Shown piece by piece: positions 20,652 to 28,659 of a DNA stretch of 32,000 nucleotides. Position 1 is the first letter of the stretch; every line of letters starts with the position of its first letter. Source of the DNA: Candidatus Saccharimonadota bacterium (GTDB taxonomy: Bacteria; Pseudomonadota; Alphaproteobacteria; Rickettsiales; Anaplasmataceae); assembly GCF_013365475.1 (NCBI RefSeq), contig NZ_CP046579.1:1-32000 (forward strand). Direction: 5' to 3'. Position numbers and translations under genes: made by a program. The notes below the pieces were generated by a model that saw nothing but the letters and a program-made list of their open reading frames with translations, ran no database searches and had not been told where the DNA came from.

Positions 20652-23157
20652 TGCAAAACTACTGTTACTGCTAATTGCAATATTTTTACTGAATACAGAT
20701 TTTTTGCTCTCATACCCAGCTTTTGCAGATGTAGTAAGTGGTACTGATGGAACAGAATTTACTAGCAGATTTAATTTTACTGGTAACTTTAGCCGCGCTT
20801 CTAATCCTGACTGTGGAGCATTTAGAACAGCTTCAGCACTTGCTGGAATAGCAATCGCTGTTGGTACAATATTCACTGGTGTTATTTTGATCATTTCCTC
20901 TGCTGGTTTATCCACTGGTCTTGTTATTATTGCAATGATAGCAGTAATCGTTGGAGTTTGGAAGGCAATAGGAGGGCTTGTCATCTGTGAGCATAGTTTT
21001 GTTAGGCACCCAGTTGCTCGCGATTATAACGGGGATTACAAAGATTTTACGCTAAGGGACACAAATTACACTACACTTATAAATAAAAATTTTCAAACAG
21101 AAGACGAATACCTTTCTTTATTAAAAGAAAAATCTGGGAAAGATGGAAAACAAACAGAAAAAGAAGTCTTAGATTTTAACAACTGGGAAGTTGTGAGTGT
21201 TGATAGAGAACATTATTACTGGCCTAAAAATGGTGTGCAGTATAGTGAATATATAGAAGTATGTCACCGTAACCCTTTAACTTTTGGTAACCTTTTTAAG
21301 ATAAATAATTTTGATTCCAGAGAAAAATTTGGGTACATAGACTTCGATGTCAGGGAAAAAGATATTGGATATGTAGATGGGTCGTGGTCACCAAAAGTTG
21401 ATGGAGGCCTAAAATGTGAAGTTCTTAAGGTTGGGCAGAGTAAAACCATACATGGATCAACATTTAAAGCAGTAGGGAAAGCTAGTAGGTTATGTGTGGA
21501 GCTAGCTGAGATTAACACACTTGGTATTAAAATGACCCCATGGCCGCAAGGGGTTGATATTGGGTGCACAGAATTGCCCCCAGATCCGATTGCTCCTATG
21601 TGTGATAAATCTATGATAAAGTTCAGCACTGGCAATCCTGTTGCTATTGGTCCAGATGAGGATTATAAGGCTATTATAAAAAATAGTGAAAAAGAGGGAA
21701 AAATCTTTATAGGCTACGACAACAAAGGTTGTTTTCAAGATTACATTTCACAAGCTTGTTATAACCAAGCTGGAAGTAAATCATTAGTTCCTATCCCTAT
21801 AACTTCTATGGTAGTACAGTGCATTAAGGAATCATTAGATAACTTAGTTGCAGGTAGAGGCCTACCAAATAGTGAAAGCTTTATATCTTTAGCGCAAAAA
21901 AAGATGAAAAATGCTGTAACTGCTGTTTTAGTTTTAGCTTTAATGCTGTTCTCTGTAAAAGCAATATCTGGTGAAGTACGCAGTTTGCAAGAAATATACA
22001 TACTGATTATCAAATTTGCTCTAGTGATCTACTTCACAACAGGTAGTACTATGTCTCATTATTACAGAGAGTTAACAGTACTCTCGGACAGCTTATCTGA
22101 GATAGTATTAAAAGCATCATCTGAAAGTAAAAATATATGCAATTATAAACCAGAAAAATATGGAGAAAGTGCTTATCTCGCCCCATGGGATAGGCTTGAT
22201 TGTAGAATTCTATTTTACTTAGGGGCCCCTTTAGATGGGATCACTGGAAAAGTTGGCACAGGAGGTGTAGGAATATTATCTGTTTTACTTGGTGCTGCCC
22301 CTGTTTTATTAATATCAGGTTCAATAATTGGCATTATCCTTGCTGGTGGTCAAATTTTAACAGCCCTTGTATGCATATTTATGGCTGTCATGATGATGAT
22401 AATTGTTTTATGGATGTGCTATATATTTATTTTATCTCTGATTGCCTTAAGTGTAATCATAATTTTATCACCATTGTTTATTCCTATGGTTCTGTTTCAG
22501 CACACTAAAGGATACTTTGACGGGTGGCTGAAAGAGCTAATTACTTATAGTTTATACCCAGTTATGCTTTTTACATTTTTATCATTTATGTTCATAGCAT
22601 GCGATAAAACCTATTTTAAAAACTTGAACTTTGAAAAAGAAGAAATTACAATATTAAACAATAAAAAACAGTGGTTTAAATTAAGAGATAGAGAATGTGA
22701 TAGAAATAAAGACACACTTGCTTGTATGATGCAAAACTATAGCTTTAAAAAAAATAGCATACTTGGATTATTCGATTTTACATACATAGAGTTTAGCACC
22801 TCTCTCATCGGAGAGTTACTAAAATTAGCTCTAATACTATTCCTATTTTATCACTTTTTAAATATTCTTCCTAATATGGCTGCAGAACTTGCTGGTAATC
22901 CAAGATCAGCACTTGGCTCTGGAGCCATACCTGAAAAAATGATGTCAAAAGCCTTTTCTGCAACTAAAGCTGTTGTTGGAGCTATCAGTAAAGCTCAATT
23001 TGGAGATGTTGCTAGAATTCCTGAGCAAGGCAAAAAAAGTACAGAAAGCACAATGTCTCGTGTTGATGATCAAAATATCAGCAGACCTACTCTCGCAAAC
23101 GATGGTGCTAATATTGCTGAAAGCATTGGCAAAGACATCACTGACACTGTAAAATAA
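20644..23157 (+). CDS. virB6: Enlarged VirB6/TrbL-family T4SS channel protein, paralog 1
   Basis: 837 aa. The ATG overlaps the virB4 stop by 8 nt. It has a type I signal peptide (LLSYPAFA/DV), a TM hairpin at aa 65-115, a soluble domain of about 300 aa, and a polytopic TM core at aa ~420-745. The core contains the paralog-conserved SPLFIPMVLFQHTKGYFDGWLKEL block. A charged tail follows. Confidence 0.85.
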   Translation: MSNAKLLLLLIAIFLLNTDFLLSYPAFADVVSGTDGTEFTSRFNFTGNFSRASNPDCGAFRTASALAGIAIAVGTIFTGVILIISSAGLSTGLVIIAMIAVIVGVWKAIGGLVICEHSFVRHPVARDYNGDYKDFTLRDTNYTTLINKNFQTEDEYLSLLKEKSGKDGKQTEKEVLDFNNWEVVSVDREHYYWPKNGVQYSEYIEVCHRNPLTFGNLFKINNFDSREKFGYIDFDVREKDIGYVDGSWSPKVDGGLKCEVLKVGQSKTIHGSTFKAVGKASRLCVELAEINTLGIKMTPWPQGVDIGCTELPPDPIAPMCDKSMIKFSTGNPVAIGPDEDYKAIIKNSEKEGKIFIGYDNKGCFQDYISQACYNQAGSKSLVPIPITSMVVQCIKESLDNLVAGRGLPNSESFISLAQKKMKNAVTAVLVLALMLFSVKAISGEVRSLQEIYILIIKFALVIYFTTGSTMSHYYRELTVLSDSLSEIVLKASSESKNICNYKPEKYGESAYLAPWDRLDCRILFYLGAPLDGITGKVGTGGVGILSVLLGAAPVLLISGSIIGIILAGGQILTALVCIFMAVMMMIIVLWMCYIFILSLIALSVIIILSPLFIPMVLFQHTKGYFDGWLKELITYSLYPVMLFTFLSFMFIACDKTYFKNLNFEKEEITILNNKKQWFKLRDRECDRNKDTLACMMQNYSFKKNSILGLFDFTYIEFSTSLIGELLKLALILFLFYHFLNILPNMAAELAGNPRSALGSGAIPEKMMSKAFSATKAVVGAISKAQFGDVARIPEQGKKSTESTMSRVDDQNISRPTLANDGANIAESIGKDITDTVK

Positions 23158-23162
23158 TATGT

Positions 23163-23180
23163 AGCTCCTAGCTAGGAGCT
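23163..23180. repeat. Perfect 18-nt palindrome in the virB6-1 / virB6-2 spacer
   Basis: AGCTCCTAGCTAGGAGCT is its own reverse complement. It can form a 7-bp stem (AGCTCCT/AGGAGCT) with a 4-nt loop, 6 nt after the virB6-1 stop and 53 nt before the virB6-2 GTG. Confidence 0.6.
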
Positions 23181-23232
23181 AAAGTAAGCAATAGATATCT
23201 TAACATTTAAGTAACCAAAGCTTGGGTAGGTT

Positions 23233-25623
23233 GTGCGTAAGTTTTTGTTAATAGCAACATTCTTTTTACTGTCTGGTTGTGATAATCACTGCATCAAGCC
23301 AGAAAGTTTATTGGATTTGCATGAAAGATCACATGTAGTCTCAACCCAACAAAGATGGTCTGACTCTAATGTTCACATTTCAAGTGGGATAAAAGTAACA
23401 GAAATTAGCATAGTACCTAGCAAAATCAGTTTTTGTCAAGAGCATGAAGATTTTACAATAAGGCCAGGGGTAAAAGAGGTTACATTGTCAAAATTTGTAC
23501 TTAAAGCTGGCGATTCAATAAACTTTAGTGTTATTGGAAGTAAAGTATGTAAAGATAAGGAAAATAAGACAATCAGGTACATAAGTATTGACAAAAAATG
23601 CAATAATAGAGAAAAGGAATATTTCGCACGTATTTTAAATCAAAATGAATGTCAGATATGGAAGGATGAAAAAGATCAGTATACAATATGTCCTAACAAG
23701 TATATAACAAGCAATAAGGTTAAATGGTTAAATGGGAAAGAGTACTGGGATCCAAATTTTCCAAAATTGGATCAAGATAAGAAGAGAGAAAGAATTAAGA
23801 GCATTATTAACTCTGCAAAAAAAGAAGAGATAAATTGTACTAATCTTTCAGATAGTCAAATAAGCAAAATAGATACGCACGTTTTAAACTTACTCTGTGG
23901 TCGCATATGTAGATTCCATTCCAGTAACAAAAACACAGATTGTACACACATTGAACTCAATAGTATAGAAGGTAAGGTGCCACAATCTTTGGATGAAGTT
24001 AATATTATGGAAGGGAAGCAAGTGAGAACTGATATTACATCTCTAAGAGTCTATATGGATGGTGAGAATTTTGAATACATTTCAAACAGCGGTTTATGTA
24101 CTAATTGCGATTATAAGATGAATAATGACCATCAAATACCGAATTTAACTTTTAGTTTGTGTAATAGAAACTATGAAAGATGCTACGATAAAAATGATAA
24201 AGGTGGTTTCAACATAAGGGTAACAAGAGTTCCTAATTTAGAAAAGAGCTTATACATACGTGTTTCTGATGAATATCCTAAAAACAATCCTGGGGAAAAT
24301 AAGGAAGATATACCTGTTGATATTAGCAAAGTTTATGACACTCAAGAAATGGAAAAATTGAAAGAAAAGCTGAAAGGTCAAAGTGGCACTATATACTACG
24401 GAATAAGAGATTATGGGTGCGATTATGGAAAGAATGAAGGCTATCTTAGTATTAAGATAACAACTAAAGGGCTGCCTATTAGAGTTTCTAGCGCGATATA
24501 CAATTTTTTTGATGAGAAGATAAAAACTGCACTTTTCGGCTCCAGCTACAACAATCATGATGTGATTCATTCTAATACAAGCACTGCAAAGTCTCTCTAC
24601 GAGAGTTTCATAAAATCAAGCAGAACAAATACTATTAGGTCTACAATAGTATCACTCCTAGTATTACATATAGTTCTGTATACTCTTTATTACCTCCTTG
24701 GGTTAAGCAATGTTTCTATATATAAATTCTTGATTGCGTGTGCGAAGATAGGGATTATCACCCAGATATTACGGGATGATAGTTGGAATTTTTTCTATAA
24801 TAATGCATTCTCTATCTTTATTAATATTCCAAAACAGTTAATAGAAGCAGCAAACTTCAGAGGTACAGCATCAAATGTTTTTGAATTTCTAGATTTGCCA
24901 TTAAATAGATTTTTTTTACCGAACTCTATATTATTAATGATATCCCTTGTATTTTCTAGCCCTTTAGGTATTGTAGCCTTTTGTTTGATGATTTGGGGTT
25001 TTATAAAAGTAGTATTGTCTGTTTTTAACGCATTATTTTCTCTTATTACATCCATAGCAATAGTTGCATTACTACTCTCTTTAGCACCAATTTTTATTAT
25101 TTGCATTCTGTTTACATACACTAGACATTTATTTTACAACTGGGTCAAGAATTTAGCAAGATTTGCAGTCCATCCAGCAGTGCTTTTAATTTTTGTATCC
25201 TTGATAAGCCAAATTATGGATTACATCATATACTCAATGTTTGATTTTGAAGCTTGTCCTACTTGCATACTTAGCATTAATCTAAGAATTTTTAACCCTT
25301 GCATTTTTTATGGATACACTTCAAAGTATGCGCCCAATATTTCTGCTATGATGATTTTTGTCATTTTAGGCTATGCCATGGAAGCTTTGACTGAAGCTTC
25401 TTCGAAAATATCTGATTCATTGTTCGGTGTTTATGTAATAGGTGAACCTGAGAGACAATATCAACAAAGTCTAATGGAAGCAATTGGATTAGGTGAAGGA
25501 AGCACTCAAATAAGAGCAAGTGCTGCACAACATTCAGATATATTGAGAAAAAGACTGATACCACAAGGAGCTCAAAGCTCAATATTTCAGATGCCACAGT
25601 CTCCAGGAAAACCACAATCATGA
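23233..25623 (+). CDS. virB6: Enlarged VirB6/TrbL-family T4SS protein, paralog 2 (predicted lipoprotein)
   Basis: 796 aa. The GTG start is preceded by GGGTAGG. The signal sequence MRKFLLIATFFLLSGC has a lipobox LSGC at 23269-23280. The N-domain of about 450 aa is Cys-rich. The TM core (nt ~24640-25400) carries the conserved LSLAPIFIICILFTYTRHLFYNWVKNL block. Confidence 0.85.
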   Translation: MRKFLLIATFFLLSGCDNHCIKPESLLDLHERSHVVSTQQRWSDSNVHISSGIKVTEISIVPSKISFCQEHEDFTIRPGVKEVTLSKFVLKAGDSINFSVIGSKVCKDKENKTIRYISIDKKCNNREKEYFARILNQNECQIWKDEKDQYTICPNKYITSNKVKWLNGKEYWDPNFPKLDQDKKRERIKSIINSAKKEEINCTNLSDSQISKIDTHVLNLLCGRICRFHSSNKNTDCTHIELNSIEGKVPQSLDEVNIMEGKQVRTDITSLRVYMDGENFEYISNSGLCTNCDYKMNNDHQIPNLTFSLCNRNYERCYDKNDKGGFNIRVTRVPNLEKSLYIRVSDEYPKNNPGENKEDIPVDISKVYDTQEMEKLKEKLKGQSGTIYYGIRDYGCDYGKNEGYLSIKITTKGLPIRVSSAIYNFFDEKIKTALFGSSYNNHDVIHSNTSTAKSLYESFIKSSRTNTIRSTIVSLLVLHIVLYTLYYLLGLSNVSIYKFLIACAKIGIITQILRDDSWNFFYNNAFSIFINIPKQLIEAANFRGTASNVFEFLDLPLNRFFLPNSILLMISLVFSSPLGIVAFCLMIWGFIKVVLSVFNALFSLITSIAIVALLLSLAPIFIICILFTYTRHLFYNWVKNLARFAVHPAVLLIFVSLISQIMDYIIYSMFDFEACPTCILSINLRIFNPCIFYGYTSKYAPNISAMMIFVILGYAMEALTEASSKISDSLFGVYVIGEPERQYQQSLMEAIGLGEGSTQIRASAAQHSDILRKRLIPQGAQSSIFQMPQSPGKPQS

Positions 25624-28508
25624 ACAAAAGGTCACTATTATTGACACTATATTTTGCAATCACTGGCTGTACTATAGATTGTGTTGAGCCAGGATTACAT
25701 AGCAGAGATATTAGTGTTAATGTAGATGTTCCAGTTCATAAGGCTAACGAAGGAGTTAAGATTCACTGGGTTGATTCCGGTCAAGTAATTACTCAAGGTG
25801 AAAAAATAAAATTTACTATTAACGGATCAGTAAATTTCTGTCCTTTTAAGGAAGGGAAAACACAAAAAAAAGTACTTGTACCTGCTGTATTTTGTGCTAA
25901 TGGTTCAATACCAAGTTATAGTAGCAAACCTACTAATAACTCTGGTCTTGATGAACAAGAAGTGTGTAAGAACATAGGGTTTGGGGATAGCAAATTTTAT
26001 AGTAAGAGACGCTACGTTGACACTGGAATTAAAGTAAATCCTGGCGACAAATTAAGCTTCAGCTTAATTCCCAGAGAGATAGTAATTGACCATAACAATC
26101 TAGAAGGGGAAAATATTAGTTTTGATAACAATTGTTATAAAACAAGAGAAGGAAATAAAAAAGTTACGATACAAGATACACTCAATGGAGGAACGTTCTT
26201 TTGTGGAGACAATAGCAACAGAACTGAGATAAAATTCCCTCAGCTTAGTAAAGAAAACTTTAAAAAAGGAACAGTGCTAGTTGGTAACGGCTATACCCCA
26301 TATGATAATAAGGTACATTTCAATAGAAATTATATCCAAAATGAAAGCCCATGGATAAATGGCGCATTGTTAGACCTACGATGGACTAAGATAGGACTTG
26401 ACAAACTATGTAACGGAAGAGACTGCAGCCTTAATGAAATAAAAAAATACAGCTCTTATAACCTTAACTGTTACTACCAGAATATATGTTATACTAAAGA
26501 TGGAATATTCAATGCGAATTTACATAAAAATGGATATAGGAATTGCGTCTCTTCTATAAGATATCAAAAATATCATAAAAGCAATCAATGTGATATATAT
26601 TCTCACCTCAAAAGAGTTGAAGATAAGCTTGAAGAAGCTAAAAACATAAAGAATTTTGGTTATATTGATGTTATTAATTTTACACCAGGCAATGACACTA
26701 AAGATATTTCCTGGGCTGAAGCTCTCGTTGCAAAAATAAGTGATCCTAGTGATATAAGTATTCCAGAAAGTAGGCGTAAAGACATGAAAGACACTGCTCA
26801 AGGTACTCAATGTCTCCCAGAAAAAAAAGGAGGAGGTAATGTATGTTCACAAATTAGTAATAATTTCAAGGACTTTTCTTTGAAATTAAATAACGACTAC
26901 TTAGTGCATGACAATGTAAAATCTAGCAGTAGTGTAATGCTCGCTATTGCAGATTATGGCCATTATTATCTTAATAGAGGTGGGTATCATGTCAAAACGA
27001 CTAAGTCTTGTGAATACACTGATGGCAAAAAATTATATATTTATCTAGGTAATAAACTACCAAAAAATACATCCATTACAAACAATGATAGCTTTAAAGA
27101 GGTGGTAGAATTAACTCACGTAGGTGATAGCACAAAATATTATGAAATAGATGGAAACCATTTAGAAAACGACAAATCCAAAAAAATTTATTTTGGTATT
27201 GATGTAAGCAATGTAGAGAGGAATGATATTATAGATAAAAATGGCAAATATTATGAAAATAATAAGTATGGTGTGACCATGTTTGTCAAAAAAAAAATCA
27301 ACGATTTTATTTCATTAAGTGTAAATAAGATACTTTCTTTTATAAAAGAAGAAGTAATTGGAGACAGTATTAAGGATTTATATAAAGGATACGCAAAAGG
27401 TCTTTTTCAAGGAGTGAGAGCGTTGCTTATTCTATACGTTATATTCACTACTACTGGTTATATGCTTGGAATAACACAGCTAAGCAAATTTGACTTCATT
27501 ATAAAGATGATGAAGATAGCATTTATAGCTTTTGCCTTTAGTGATAGAAGCTGGGAACTCTTTGGTACAACCTTATCAAAGCTTTTTATTGACAGCAGCG
27601 CTCATTTAATTGACAGTTTTTCTGGACATATAGGAGAAGGTAATAGAAAATTTTCGTTCTTAGACTTAACAACAGGAATATTCTTCACAAAAGAAACTTG
27701 GTTGAAGTTTTTATCATTAATGCTTGCTGGTCCTTTTGGCTTTATTGCTTTTTTTACAATACTCTATGCTAGTTTTATATCTTTAAAATGCATTATTAGT
27801 GCTATACTCAGGTATATGATATCTACTTTTCTAGTGGCACTTTTACTCTCATTAACACCTTTATTTATCGTGTTTATTTTATTTCAACAGACCAAATCCA
27901 TATTTGAAAATTGGATAAGGACATTAGCTCATGTTGCAATACAACCAATCATTTTACTTTCATCATTATCTATTTTGAGCCCACTTTTATACTCAGTTTT
28001 ATACAACCTTACAAACTTCTCTGCATGCTATCAATGTTTAATTAGCATAAGTTTTTTATCCCATGATCTTTGCATCATGAAATCTGTACTGCCTCTTGGA
28101 TATAGTCCAAGCACTAGTATTGATACTATACTTAGCACTGGAGAAAGAACTGGTGGACACTTTGCAGCATTGCCTATAGATCTAATCCAAGCATTTATAT
28201 ACCTCATTGTTGCTAGTGCAATGGAAGTGTTTGTTTCTGCATCAGAAACTATGTCACAAGCAATATTTAGTACTGGTTGGGGAATTATGGGTAGTATCAG
28301 CACAGTTACTGGCAGTGCATCACAATCTATACTATCAATTGTAGGACTTGACAACAAAACTCAAAACCTGATACAGGAAATCAGGCAGAAAACTAGCAAT
28401 GATCGGCCAGAAATTGAGTTTAAATCTAATCAGCACAAATTACCCCATACAGGTAATGGTAATAATAAGCAACCAAACTTACCAGATGGAAAAGGGAGGA
28501 GTGCCTAA
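25620..28508 (+). CDS. virB6: Enlarged VirB6/TrbL-family T4SS protein, paralog 3 (predicted lipoprotein)
   Basis: 962 aa. An ATGA overlap joins it to the paralog 2 stop. The lipobox ITGC lies at 25659-25670. The N-domain is about 590 aa. The TM core (nt ~27410-28250) carries LSLTPLFIVFILFQQTKSIFENWIRTL. Confidence 0.85.
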   Translation: MNKRSLLLTLYFAITGCTIDCVEPGLHSRDISVNVDVPVHKANEGVKIHWVDSGQVITQGEKIKFTINGSVNFCPFKEGKTQKKVLVPAVFCANGSIPSYSSKPTNNSGLDEQEVCKNIGFGDSKFYSKRRYVDTGIKVNPGDKLSFSLIPREIVIDHNNLEGENISFDNNCYKTREGNKKVTIQDTLNGGTFFCGDNSNRTEIKFPQLSKENFKKGTVLVGNGYTPYDNKVHFNRNYIQNESPWINGALLDLRWTKIGLDKLCNGRDCSLNEIKKYSSYNLNCYYQNICYTKDGIFNANLHKNGYRNCVSSIRYQKYHKSNQCDIYSHLKRVEDKLEEAKNIKNFGYIDVINFTPGNDTKDISWAEALVAKISDPSDISIPESRRKDMKDTAQGTQCLPEKKGGGNVCSQISNNFKDFSLKLNNDYLVHDNVKSSSSVMLAIADYGHYYLNRGGYHVKTTKSCEYTDGKKLYIYLGNKLPKNTSITNNDSFKEVVELTHVGDSTKYYEIDGNHLENDKSKKIYFGIDVSNVERNDIIDKNGKYYENNKYGVTMFVKKKINDFISLSVNKILSFIKEEVIGDSIKDLYKGYAKGLFQGVRALLILYVIFTTTGYMLGITQLSKFDFIIKMMKIAFIAFAFSDRSWELFGTTLSKLFIDSSAHLIDSFSGHIGEGNRKFSFLDLTTGIFFTKETWLKFLSLMLAGPFGFIAFFTILYASFISLKCIISAILRYMISTFLVALLLSLTPLFIVFILFQQTKSIFENWIRTLAHVAIQPIILLSSLSILSPLLYSVLYNLTNFSACYQCLISISFLSHDLCIMKSVLPLGYSPSTSIDTILSTGERTGGHFAALPIDLIQAFIYLIVASAMEVFVSASETMSQAIFSTGWGIMGSISTVTGSASQSILSIVGLDNKTQNLIQEIRQKTSNDRPEIEFKSNQHKLPHTGNGNNKQPNLPDGKGRSA

Positions 28509-28659
28509 AAAACAAAAAAAGATACAGGAAAAAGAAGATAATCAATTACCTGATAGTTAAGGAAAGATTAAGAAGTAGAAGCACAAGATTGCTATGGAGC
28601 AACTAATTAAAAAGACATTTTAGATAAAATTTATTCCTACATTCAAGGAAAGTTTAAGT

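Noticed and set aside
27288-27297. Homopolymer A10 in virB6-3, plus A9 runs at 30815-30823 in virB6-4 and 10688-10696 in miaA, considered as possible phase-variation or slippage sites
   Set aside because: All are in frame as Lys codons within intact ORFs. Runs of this kind are common in AT-rich genomes, and there is no evidence of frameshifting in this sequence.
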